From positions 1 through 47,164 of the IMG/VR virus record IMGVR_UViG_3300030433_001712: 47,164 bases of DNA; one strand, given 5' to 3'. The DNA is from a virus (Duplodnaviria > Caudoviricetes). Within the stretch, counting starts at the first letter, position 1. Every line of letters starts with the position of its first letter. The translations under genes and the position numbers were made by a program. The notes below the pieces were generated by a model. That model ran no database searches. It saw nothing but the letters and a program-made list of their open reading frames with translations, and had not been told where the DNA came from. This document shows, in pieces, positions 16,601 to 25,300 of the stretch.

Positions 16601-19600
16601 CTTGCCCTTAATGGCGACACCATCGACAAGCGCCCCAGCCTCGTTGGCAAGGTTGTTCTTGATGACCTCTGGGCTGAGGTACACAACACCGTTTGCGTAC
16701 TGACCGCCTTCGCCTGGACCCATGCCTCCTTCAGAGATAGGTCTCTCGCTGGATGAAGCATCGTCGTAAAGGACAAGCTTCACCTTCTGTCCAAGGGCAG
16801 AGCTCAAAGTCTTGAGCAGCTGGTTTACCGCGCTGGCTTCCTGACGAGACAGACCAGCGTCTCCTGCGCGAACGCCGAAGTTTCCTGAGTTGTCTGACTC
16901 ATACTCACGCTTGGCCATCTTAACATCCTGCTGAGTAGGCTCAACATCCGCACCCATAGCTCCATTCTCACCGTCGCTAGCCGCACCCTCGTCAAGGGCT
17001 CCCTCAATGATCTCGTCAATAGAAGCTGCGAGACTTTCAATGCGAGACTGATACTCCTCCTTGGTGATCTCGACACCTTCAGCATCCTGGTAGGTGTCAG
17101 TGAGGTCCATACCGAACTTGCGCAGGTTGCCGTCCTTGTCTCTGATTGCAGAGAAGTAGTTGTCTGAATCGGTTGCATCGCTGACGCCTTCTGCAAACAA
17201 CTGGATAGATCCGTCACCCAAGACGAGTCCGTCCTTGTGAGCGACAGACTCTTGCTTAAACTCACGAGCAAACTCAGCAGCCTGCTCTCTAGTCATACCT
17301 TCAACGAGGAAGCTGTTCTCTCCGTTGCCATATCGGCCAACGATCTTGTGGAACTTCAGCCCCTTAGACTTGAGCCAAGCAACAGCCTTCTTGTTGAGCG
17401 CAGCGTTAGCCTTCTCCCCTACAGCACGAGCGTTAGGATTCTCTGCTGTAAGCATGGCGAAGTTGTCGCTCTCGAAGATGCCCTGCACCTCGTCGGCAGT
17501 AAGGTCAGAGTTGTCCAAGTTCTCCATGGCTCTCTCTGTCCACTCGTCAGTAGCTCTGTCCTGGATCTCTCTGTTCATGTCCAGCAGCTCACCAACGGTG
17601 CCTGACTGCACGTCCACAGCCTCGACCCCAAGAGCCTCAGCCAACGCCTCTTCTGCAGCCTGCAGCTGCTCAAGCTGGAGGTCAAGAGCTTCGAGGTCTA
17701 CGTCCTCATTCATCGCCTTGCCGATGGCCTCGTTAGCCTTGTTTCTGGCTTGCTGGACCTGGCCCATCATTTTGTTGATGTCCTGTCTCTTACGCTTCAG
17801 CTCTTCGACTCTTTCTCTGGCAATCCTGATAGCCTCAGGATCTCCTCCAGATCGGCGATCAGACCCAAACTCCTCCACTGCTGCGAGGGCTTCTTGAGCC
17901 TGCACAATCTCCTCGTCAAGGAGTCGAATCTTATCTGTAGTTCTCTTGTCAGTAAGCCTAGAAGTTTCCTCTGCAGTAAGAGCCAAGCTCTCCTCTCTGA
18001 AGCTAGCCTCCAAGTCTACTCTTTCCTTAACTCTCTTCTCAAGCAAACCTTCGAGATTCTTGACTGAGTCTTCGCTAAGGTTGCCTGACTTAATCTGAGC
18101 TCTGATCTGAGCGATCTGAACGTCAAGCTTCTGGAGCTGATCAAAAGCCTCAGGATATCTGACAGCAAGCATCTCGTAGAACGGACGAGCCATCTTTGCC
18201 TGATTGTCAATGTCAGCGTTGATTCTTTGCAGTTCGCGCTGAAGACCCTCCTTGGTTGTTGGATCTTTAGCGTCTCTAATTCTGGCTTCGATCTCAGCCT
18301 TTTCTCTCAAGGCTTCTATCAGCTCTGCTTGTCTTGAATCAGCCTCTGCGTTTGATGCAGCTCTAACTCTTCCGTCAACACTACCCAGGCTGTCGAAGAT
18401 TCCACCAGCAAGTCCACCAAGAATGGCGGCGTCGAGTCCTCTTTCAAAGAGCTCTGCCATGTCGACGTCCTCGCCCTTACCCATCCTCTCTACAACGTAG
18501 GTGGTGATTTCCGTAGCAGCTTCTTCTGCCGCTTCGGACGTCATCGCAATGCCCTTCCTCTGAGCATAGCCTTTAACCATGTCGAGGGTAATCTTCTTGC
18601 TTGTGCCTTGGGCAGCCTTTGCTGCTGCGTAGTTTGCCTGAGCAGCCTTCGAGGCGCCCTTAAAGATAGCGCCACCGACTGCAGCAAAAGCGAAATCTCC
18701 AGCACCGTTGGCTGCAGCGTACCCGTACCTCCATGCGTTGCTTTCAAACTTTTCGTCATCAGCCACTTCCATGTAAGCTCCAACGCCACCGCTAAGTCCG
18801 ACAACTCCAGCAGCAGTTAACGGAGCCCCTACAGCCGCGCCAATAGTGGTAACACCAATTATCGGAGCTGTAGCTGCAAGTCCGTCAACAGACTGCCTAA
18901 AGGCATTGTAGTAATCTCCATTCTTGATGGAAGCAGAGATACCTCTCTCCGTCACCATCATGTTAGACGCCAGCCTTTCGTTGTATGCGGCTACATCAGA
19001 CCTATACTCTTTGCGCTCTTCTGCAGTAGAGAACGGAAGCCGAGCCAAGTACTGAAACGGTTGAGCAATCGTCTCCATACTCTGATGGAGGTTCCGAAAG
19101 GCATTCTCGATCATGGTGTTGTTGTTGTACCTTCCGTCTCCGTCAAGGTCAACCGCCAACTCCTTCTCAAAAAAGATCTTGTCCGTGAGCATAGACACAA
19201 GCTCACTGTCATTCCTCTTGTCTTCAGGGAGCGAATTGAGGACCATCTCGCGGACCTCACCTTTTGCAAACTCGTCGTACTTAGAGGCAAAGGCTTTGTC
19301 AGCAGCCTTAGTCTTTTGCTTCTCGATGTACTCTTCCGTTACAGTGCCCTGATTAGAGCCTACCCCAAACTCCCCCATAGCCATGGTGGTAGACGTGGCC
19401 TTAACACCAATCTTGTCGCCAACCTTCAAGGCATTGGCTCTCTTCATGTCTTCGAGATACTCCTCGGACTCGATAGCCCTCTTGTAGATCTCTCCTTTGT
19501 TCTTGTTGAGTAGAAGCTGTGCGCTCTCTGCGATTCCGTCAGCGTCTACATCTCCAAAGTCGTAGCTCAGGTAGTCCTGCTGAAGCTCTTTGTTCTTAGC

Positions 19601-19909
19601 ACGAGCAGCCCTAGCCTCGTAAACATCTCTCTGCTGAGTAGCGAATCCAGAGGCTCTGAACTTATCAAGAAGACTCCTATCGCTCGATTCTGATTCTCCA
19701 TCCAAAGATGGTGAAGGATCTTTTTTTTTTACAGGAGCCCCCCCGAAGATGGCATCTTTCCAGACATCGTATTCGTGCTCAGTGACGTTCAAGTCCCTGT
19801 ACAGCTTCAGCATCGCATCATCATTGCCTGCGGTCTCCTCAAGCCAGCTAGCGTAGTCGTCGTTGATTTGCAGGTGAGAGTATGCTCTCCTTAGATACTT
19901 GTCGTTCAT
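10640..19909 (-). CDS. Giant virion cargo/ejection protein, polyvalent (TM region, SAM-lyase-like, zincin, HhH glycosylase-like domains)
   Basis: 3089 aa; third of three genes after the muzzle; Gly/Ala hydrophobic helices near 18400-18870; domain motifs described in findings. Confidence 0.8.
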   Translation of the reverse strand: MNDKYLRRAYSHLQINDDYASWLEETAGNDDAMLKLYRDLNVTEHEYDVWKDAIFGGAPVKKKDPSPSLDGESESSDRSLLDKFRASGFATQQRDVYEARAARAKNKELQQDYLSYDFGDVDADGIAESAQLLLNKNKGEIYKRAIESEEYLEDMKRANALKVGDKIGVKATSTTMAMGEFGVGSNQGTVTEEYIEKQKTKAADKAFASKYDEFAKGEVREMVLNSLPEDKRNDSELVSMLTDKIFFEKELAVDLDGDGRYNNNTMIENAFRNLHQSMETIAQPFQYLARLPFSTAEERKEYRSDVAAYNERLASNMMVTERGISASIKNGDYYNAFRQSVDGLAATAPIIGVTTIGAAVGAPLTAAGVVGLSGGVGAYMEVADDEKFESNAWRYGYAAANGAGDFAFAAVGGAIFKGASKAAQANYAAAKAAQGTSKKITLDMVKGYAQRKGIAMTSEAAEEAATEITTYVVERMGKGEDVDMAELFERGLDAAILGGLAGGIFDSLGSVDGRVRAASNAEADSRQAELIEALREKAEIEARIRDAKDPTTKEGLQRELQRINADIDNQAKMARPFYEMLAVRYPEAFDQLQKLDVQIAQIRAQIKSGNLSEDSVKNLEGLLEKRVKERVDLEASFREESLALTAEETSRLTDKRTTDKIRLLDEEIVQAQEALAAVEEFGSDRRSGGDPEAIRIARERVEELKRKRQDINKMMGQVQQARNKANEAIGKAMNEDVDLEALDLQLEQLQAAEEALAEALGVEAVDVQSGTVGELLDMNREIQDRATDEWTERAMENLDNSDLTADEVQGIFESDNFAMLTAENPNARAVGEKANAALNKKAVAWLKSKGLKFHKIVGRYGNGENSFLVEGMTREQAAEFAREFKQESVAHKDGLVLGDGSIQLFAEGVSDATDSDNYFSAIRDKDGNLRKFGMDLTDTYQDAEGVEITKEEYQSRIESLAASIDEIIEGALDEGAASDGENGAMGADVEPTQQDVKMAKREYESDNSGNFGVRAGDAGLSRQEASAVNQLLKTLSSALGQKVKLVLYDDASSSERPISEGGMGPGEGGQYANGVVYLSPEVIKNNLANEAGALVDGVAIKGKTFVETLIEEVGHGMIEPAFLQLPIAKQREIINKLKSEVFGNDAALLARVKAKRESYEEGKNMSESELLGEELMEMFSYLSGDQEVDISMINKARLIYNQIMASVFGKKAAQFQINDTDSFIKAAGAMRAARARAIEVGKTSDASQTRKSSRGLSPASLRAKDGKLTVKFHRKIYKRYGFGEKPKDIGDYADTKTFKDQWHFINWWKKSTSMGENRDVFDFTTEDGQPIDVDRIKGYGRRSSGALKVGPMGTIDNMKSRLDAAEAAGVVNPVVASRMRSKFRALERKMSRQEPGSKMFASIEKIVNDIDRKSKDMIDQIAKRDGKEFSYEPDEPHRKSSRALKLSVREASEKGSKLNVIDVLNEIYGGHFKGQAATNSLLSRFMREEAGVDVNKFTNANGDVDYDSLLEIALPVFNEMMGANYKNKEERTRIFGEKDPIEFFENNNRATEEDLDMMEAEGIFIESREENTIAYNLIKAITSQMNLAKTNMAAASNIFFASAQYRDRGGDQYIDPRIIYDLRNGTSTSGVDLSGVNAVAAESVANNLEKLNQQANDYRRGDGSVNFKKMFGALQEFQGPKDSVIGRTYVAQTLFGAKIGTFALNLNGNEEAITLDSHNLKTLTAFNGMYADPLDQLASVQDQIAEEVGMEPRAYSDPESERAHTKKLLMALKAKMMANSGNTKEFNRLKRLFDKSMAKKVNSPAPGSAKRLHFERMIVGLADSMGITPAQANQLIFADSQVTSRNVKELDPSQPMTSRRYQEFSEFSGMYSRRKSWKNSGAARQAALQFVEIEAQNAIDARDEAYDNPQDPTPMATPEADRRSSGQLRLPLETKQDAVDSPLYRTRTADEGLMVKPGVQISEKMAREALATDATSRRIMAKNVEMTEGRQVGVRLNLNVNKNTGVPVQTMHDKNASGEALKYAAVVTVSNPVLDVNQNSRRKILTFQENKNPMASVNGGFVSDQIADASFDGVKAFFNPFKHNVFVDAQGRPIKSAGEATIVGNTVYLRGDIEYYDYQDPVLKEGREETAEQRAKRIKRGPRYDKALKRYQAYAKRVLGMEFETIEDLKESYDNMPITSQVAMNESEAAANAEAAERRSSGMLRIRAFAQNAAKTYSGARSEIINNPESYYSRQNLQAIKNSLVNMSDQDLVDKMTDDGLGRLQNRNDDIGVLATSELIRRAAARGDNKAIADLVEEAAKMGTTAGRILRHFRELKQATPFGLFSIIQSEIEKRGNKMTEPQSAKLKDMTERLFLLQAEHQDLINRAIQGDDVEAELRDKTKEVKAVERELETFSNSMIEKGWGELGRQLIQGNLLTTMSQIANVGYNVVNAIAKVGADAIALPVERLFNLVGFESEFKRSYSINAYLYGMRKFGAGFVEALDEVFTGQSKEVTEWRMSRGFAPVRSMMAALGKGDLPIRQDSGTVPFSQRAKLMVQATFGANAEAMFRLLAIGDTPFRRMVEGIELYQAGLAQGLEGEQLKRFVKHPTKKEQERAEREGRKLTFQERTGVSEGAEKLMRGLQDVLATGLSWIPGTDGKSFAEFVVRSTVPYVRTPANILLDTLTFISPYIAIPRMMNDLKNGDPRSASQNFGKLAIGTMTAQAARILIQEGLVSGALGFDDEDEKRNLAYDQFPPSSINVTGLMRYLEGGDPSLQPGDEFAQYSKLGVVGTIIGAIEKTTDREAQAADSLTGIVSDAIAKSMGVGAFSSVAYMLDQSFLQGVNSLLNTMASSDAKDFQRNFERWFGSTFQAASATVLPNQLSAFYRADREYLPDTRVTKDMDFGERLAKRMMFTIKDRTFGLGDVPIRRNWKGEEIKQNPPGNTPYNYQLFDITKARQGQSDPVSFEMYKLYEQTEDLPRVVGTPSFATTRNMSVPDLSRKLSRYSREYSFLKDEEFTAEKVRLNTEQINRLMEAAGKNRYARVEEFIGSSKYQRMNAEERVEALNDLNNKYYSKAISFDRGRLMPHSEEYLKIMQEIYEYERREED
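13298..16162 (-). repeat. Five dispersed protein-level repeats R[RK]SS[GR]xL
   Basis: RKSSRGL 16142-16162, RRSSGAL 15869-15889, RKSSRAL 15578-15598, RRSSGQL 14126-14146, RRSSGML 13298-13318. Confidence 0.85.
19721..19730 (-). other. A10 homopolymer, candidate slippage/frameshift site
   Basis: GTA AAA AAA AAA GAT at codons 60-64, preceded by a G7 run at 19738-19744. Confidence 0.5.
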
Positions 19910-21336
19910 TCGTTAAGATTATTGAAATCTCCAGCTTCTTGATCTGCCAATGAGCCCTGAGTAATCGAAAGCCCAGCGCCTTCTGGGTCCTCAAGGATCT
20001 GCTCCAAAGGTACGGAAAGATTGCCTCCCGCCAGCTGGCTGTTCGCAAGACCAAACAGCTGGGTCAGGGTGGCCATATCGTTAAGGTTGTTCGGGTTGAG
20101 AGTGATGGTCTCGGTGGTAATCTCCCTAGCTACGTTGGAGTTCTTATCCGTGGAGCTAAAAGCACCCGTAATCTGATAGGTGCCATTAGGTAGTCGACGT
20201 AAACCCTGAGGTATAAGTTGACCCGCTTCGGTTCCGAGGTTTACGGCCATGCTACCCTTGATCTCATTAAGAGGCACAAACATCTCTCTGCTTGTTGTTT
20301 CAACAGGCTCCTGATCAAGAGTAACGGGGTTTTCTTTTGTCGTCATAGACGGGGTGTCGATAACCTTGATGGAGTCCATGAACAGAGACCGCTGCCTACG
20401 AGCATCAGCCATGTCGTCCTGACGCTTCAGCTGAGCTGCTGTCTGAGCAGTCATTCCGCCTTTATTCCAAGCATCCTTGGCTTCCTCCACCCAGAGGTCC
20501 TCAGCCTTCTGATAGTATTGATCTGGGCTCTGCATCACGACCTCAGGGTCTAATCCGTTCTTCTCCGCGTAGTGGCGCAACGCCTGCATGCCGAACTTTG
20601 TATTCTCCTTGGCCTGATTCCTGACGAACTGTTCGACCTCGACAGCATCGTCAAACGCTCCGTCGTCTCTCTTTCTAAAGAACGAGAATCCGCTTACGTC
20701 AGACTCTGTGAGCTTGGGGTCGAATGGATTTTCTTCGATCGGTCTTACGCCCCTAATGGTTTGACCGTCGTTGGAATCCTCAAACACGAACTGGCCATCC
20801 TCGATACGCATGTTCGAGAAGCTGGGCGATTGCTTTCTGTCGTAGATCTCACGAGCCTGCTCTGGTGTAAGCTGTTCTTCAAATCCTGAGTCCTCGTATG
20901 CGTTCTCGTCTGGAACCATATCTCTCTGGAGCTTGGCCTCGTAGGTCGCTGCAGTGATTGGATCGTCAGGGCTTCCGTGAGTCTTGGCCCACTCGTCCTC
21001 AGCAAGGGTAATCTCGTCGTTGATCTGCTTGGCCATCTGCTCGAACTGAAGCATACCTCTCTCGGTCTTCATCATTTCGTCGAGCTGGGCTGGATCAGAC
21101 AACAGCTTAGCCTTGGCAGAGATCTCCTCGTACCTGCCATCCCACATCTTGACAGAAGAGATCTCGTTGATCTGCTTCCGCATTGCCTTGTGAGTGTCAA
21201 GGCGAGCCTTCTTTCTCTGCTGAACGTCCTTGATGGCCCCCTCAAGCGGCTTGAACGCATCGGCGGCGCTATACTTCTGATCAGCGAACTGCCTGGACTG
21301 CCCGCTGTAGAGTCCCTGTGTAAAGTTCAGAGCCAT
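19906..21336 (-). CDS. Putative virion cargo/ejection protein 2
   Basis: 476 aa, helical; lies between muzzle and giant cargo gene; coupled at both ends. Confidence 0.6.
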   Translation of the reverse strand: MALNFTQGLYSGQSRQFADQKYSAADAFKPLEGAIKDVQQRKKARLDTHKAMRKQINEISSVKMWDGRYEEISAKAKLLSDPAQLDEMMKTERGMLQFEQMAKQINDEITLAEDEWAKTHGSPDDPITAATYEAKLQRDMVPDENAYEDSGFEEQLTPEQAREIYDRKQSPSFSNMRIEDGQFVFEDSNDGQTIRGVRPIEENPFDPKLTESDVSGFSFFRKRDDGAFDDAVEVEQFVRNQAKENTKFGMQALRHYAEKNGLDPEVVMQSPDQYYQKAEDLWVEEAKDAWNKGGMTAQTAAQLKRQDDMADARRQRSLFMDSIKVIDTPSMTTKENPVTLDQEPVETTSREMFVPLNEIKGSMAVNLGTEAGQLIPQGLRRLPNGTYQITGAFSSTDKNSNVAREITTETITLNPNNLNDMATLTQLFGLANSQLAGGNLSVPLEQILEDPEGAGLSITQGSLADQEAGDFNNLNE

Positions 21337-22319
21337 TACTTGTTGTTTCTTTTCGATGCGTCAGCCTTGAACTTCTTGAGCAGCTGTCTGAAGTAAGGTG
21401 ATTCCATGGCCACTTTCTTCTCTTGCTTTGGGTTCAAGATGACTTCACCTCCTGTAAGCTCACCAACCTTATTCCCCTTCTGAACCATGTCAATAGGGTT
21501 TCTCTTGTGGCTGAACTCGCCAGGGCTAATCATGCCGCCCTGCTTGTTGTTTCCTTGAACGAGGGGGTCGTTGGCAGCAGTATCCGCCATCTGTGCGATC
21601 ATGTCCAAGTTACTTCCGCTACCTCCACCCTGATTGAACAGGTTGCTGATTTGGTTGAAGAAGTTCTGCACACCCTCTTGGCCTTCTGTTCCTCCACCCT
21701 GGAGCAATCCAGAGCCAAGCAAGCTACCCGCTGTGGTCAGAGCACCAGTAATGCCGTCTCTTCTGAACTGTCTTTGCTGGGCCCTGAGGTCTGCAGCCTT
21801 CGTCTCTGCGACGTCACCTCTGCTCAGGGATCTACCAAGCTCAAACTCTGCAATGCCGAGGTCTTTAGCGATGGTTTTATCCCGAGCTGCCTGCTCAAGA
21901 GCACCAAACGTTTGCAGGGCTTGCTGCTTTCTAGCCAAAGAGTCCGCCTCAATGCGAGCTGTGGTGTCAGCCGCTTGCTGCTGAGCTGCACCCAAGCCGC
22001 CGATCAAAGCTCTTGCTCCGCCAGCCTGGAGAGCTCCGACCGTGGAGGCCTCTCTTCGAAGCTGTCTCTGACGCTCCGCTGCTGCCGCTGGATCCTGCAT
22101 GCCCAGGTCCAAGGCTCTTCTGTTTGCTGCAGTCACGTCATACTGCGTATCCTTCAAAGTCTTCATGGCCTGCGCCGAGCGAGCACGCTCTGCACCAAGC
22201 TGACCCTGAGCTTCACCAAGCTGATCTCTCAGCTGGTTTCTCTGGTTGAAGTAATTGAATGCGGATGCGCCCCCTCCGATGAGCAGCTTTGCAAGGTTGA
22301 CGTAGTTGAGTGGTGGCAT
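21336..22319 (-). CDS. Putative virion cargo/ejection protein 1
   Basis: Ala/Gln/Gly-rich coiled coil with hydrophobic N-terminal segment; C-terminal PGEFSH...GELTGGE.I.NP motif. Confidence 0.65.
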   Translation of the reverse strand: MPPLNYVNLAKLLIGGGASAFNYFNQRNQLRDQLGEAQGQLGAERARSAQAMKTLKDTQYDVTAANRRALDLGMQDPAAAAERQRQLRREASTVGALQAGGARALIGGLGAAQQQAADTTARIEADSLARKQQALQTFGALEQAARDKTIAKDLGIAEFELGRSLSRGDVAETKAADLRAQQRQFRRDGITGALTTAGSLLGSGLLQGGGTEGQEGVQNFFNQISNLFNQGGGSGSNLDMIAQMADTAANDPLVQGNNKQGGMISPGEFSHKRNPIDMVQKGNKVGELTGGEVILNPKQEKKVAMESPYFRQLLKKFKADASKRNNK

Positions 22320-22323
22320 TTTA

Positions 22324-22331
22324 CAAATATA
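22324..22331 (-). promoter_or_regulatory. TATATTTG -7 element, 4 nt before the cargo 1 ATG
   Basis: Minus strand TATATTTG-TAAA-ATG. Confidence 0.75.
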
Positions 22332-22344
22332 AGCTTTATAGGCC

Positions 22345-25300
22345 TTACCCGTGGTTGAGCCTAGAATTGACGTATTGTGCGTTGATGGCGTAAAGCTCCA
22401 CAGCGTTGTTGTCTGTACGTGTAAGCTTCACCTTTGAGTAGTGACCTCTGATGTGATCGCCGTTGACCGCTTGAGCCAAGTTAAGGAAGATCCTGTCTCC
22501 GACCGCGATGTTGTGACCAGATGCACTAATAGTAATTGTTTTGTCTCCGTGGTTTGTAGCGGATACCGTTTGAGTCAGGTCCGTAAACGTTGATGAACCA
22601 CTAGGGATTCTAGACACTTTCGATCCGAGAGGGATAGAGATGCCCCTCAGAGAGTTGGACATTGTAATCTCTTGGCCATCCACGCTGGACACAGTGCCCA
22701 CTCCGATGTACTGACTCGTGCTGTTGGAACTCGTATCTCTGTGAAGCCCGTAGTAGAAAGCATCTTCTTTTTCTACGAAGTCGGCAGACCTCATAGTCCC
22801 CGTGTCCTGTCCAGACTCAGACACAAACTGAACATCCCAAGCCTTGTTGCCTTCGATGGAGACAGAGTTGTACTGCTTAACCACACTGGGGTTGTCGTTG
22901 GACACAACCTCTACGATCGACGTTGCGGTAGAGTCTCCGTAGAACTGGTTCCTGTTGGTGACAGCCCCGTTGTCTTCGTGCCTGTAGAAAAGGTTTCTAT
23001 TGGAAGATGAGTATCTGCATGAGTACATCAGCCTGTTTTGCTTCGCGTACATCTCTGGTATAAACGTGTACGTGCTGATCCACTTCCTGACAGAGGAGTC
23101 GTAACCAACGGTCTTGCCTGCGTAGCTAGAATCATCCTTAGCATACATGGTGATGTAGTACACATCAGTCTTAGGATCGTACCCGCTGACGATCTTCTTG
23201 GCTCCAGTCGCATCGCTCAGTGCAGCAAACTCATCCTCGAACAGAGAAGCTACCCCTGTGTCAGAGATAGCAACAATGCCGCCTGATTGCGGGTTGAACT
23301 TGAGCACTTTGCGTCGAGACAAGTCAGCGAAGAACACATCTCCATCATTGATCAAAACTGACTCTGGGTGCTTCTCCACACCGTAGTCTCCTGAGTAGTA
23401 CGTGGATGCTCCGATGACGTTTGTGGACAGCGAGACCAGGCTTAGGTCTGAGGCTGTTCTCAACGTGTCCTTGCTGATGGGCGACAGAGACAGCTTATTC
23501 TCCTGAAGGCAGAGCAGGTTTTCGTTGTAGTTCTCGATGTACCTAGCAGCCCCGTACTTAGAGTCAAAGCTAAAGAAGTTAGCGAGGGAGGCGTTGAACG
23601 AAGACAATGAAAGCTTGGCCACGTCTTCTTCATAGGCGTCGCTGTATGTGACGCCATTATATCTTCTCACCTCTGCCGCTCTCTCAAACTTGACGTGAGG
23701 CTTACCCTTGCTCCATGACGCAGACGCGAAGAAATCAGAGGCATCCTTTGTCTCAACAAGCCTGTTCCTGAATACTAGTCTTTCGTAATCGTTATCTCCA
23801 GCAATGTCCCATCCGTCCCCGTCGTTGTCATAATCTTTTGTGGCGCAGCTTCTGGTTCTCATCCAGTAGCCTACTCCGCTAATCTTGATGTTTTTGCCGT
23901 GATCATAATCTCCAACCCTATCGGTCTTGACTCCCGTAACACCGATCTCATAGAACACGCCAGTGTCTGTTGTCTTGGGCGATACGATCTCGACCAAACA
24001 GTTTTGATGCCATCTATTTGCAGAAGTGGGAGTGTCTCCGTTAGGGTAGGTTACTGCTGGAGATGCAGATGGATACCTGTATTTTGAAACACTCTGCCAG
24101 TCAAATCCAACAAACTTGACGGTGTTCCCCTCAGAGTCTACCGCGTCTCCATTTACATCTGGCGCGTCGAGAACCAAGAAGGTCCCCTTGTAGATGTCGT
24201 CAGGTGTTTGATCCTGAGTAAGGGGGTTGTCGTCATTACCAAGAGTAACCACATCTACGATGTTGAACTCGATAGGTCTTCCGCTTGACCCAGTAGACAA
24301 TCCGTCTGGAACAGGGTAAACAACGGAGGTGTTATCACTATTCATGTGAGACACAACTCTTAGCTTGTCTCCCTTTGTGAAGCTGTAGTCAAAGGTTGGG
24401 GATTTTACATCCTTAAACTTATCCAGGGTAGCAAGAGAAACGTAAACCCTTTTGTTTGTGTAGTCTGGAGAGCTTGAGTCTGTGGCGTGGATCGGCGTAA
24501 ACGCAGAACCGACTGTGTACTGAACAGCATTGTCAAAACTCGTGTTCCCCCCATAGACCAAGCTCCATCTGTCCGCCCAGTCAGGCATGTCGTACTTCCA
24601 TGCGATGCTCAGCTCAGCGGCTCCATAACCATCAAGTCCTGACCTTTCTTGAAAGGACTCCACGTAGAACTGACCAAGGTCATTTACGAATCCATGCCTT
24701 CCGTACTTGTCGTAGTAGACAATGCCAAGCTTATGAGACGCCCCAGCCTTGAATGTGGGTACGACGCCTTTAGATTCCAGCTGGAAGTACTCGTCGTCGA
24801 GGTAAGTGCTTGGGCTATCCGTGGCATCAAACGTAGGCCAGCTACTTTGAGAAGTACCTGTAGCTGGTACGTTTCCGCTATACCAAGAATAAGATGGTGC
24901 GGACCCAGTATTGAACGGAGTCTCTTCATGGAATCCGCTTACGATGAATTTCGTCCACCTGATCTTAGATGGGTACGGTTTGATCTCAACCTGAGCATTG
25001 TCCAAAGACTTCGAGGCTGTCCACTTCCACGTTACTTCAAACTCGCACTGAGTGGCGTCAAACGTTTGCCCTATGTTGTACCCTAGGTCCGCAGGGTCCT
25101 GGTTGTTGATGTCAAGTACCTCTACCTGGCAAACTCCATTGACCTCGCCGTCGTTTTTGCCCTTGTAGGTGTGAACGTAAGTACCCCCAACCTGATTGAT
25201 CTCCTCGACAATAGCGTCTACTAAATCTTCAACGTCTGAGTTTGCAGGAAGAACCACATTTCCAGCAATGTTGTACCCATCATTACCTGAGTCTGGGACA

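Noticed and set aside
19133-19150. DLDGD in the giant cargo protein as an RNA polymerase DxDxD catalytic motif
   Set aside because: It lies near aa 255, just before the TM region, and lacks the NADFDGD/DFDID context and other double-psi-barrel motifs; an EF-hand-like loop is more plausible
21423-22358. 311-aa + strand ORF
   Set aside because: Antisense shadow of cargo protein 1, which has its own promoter and operon coupling
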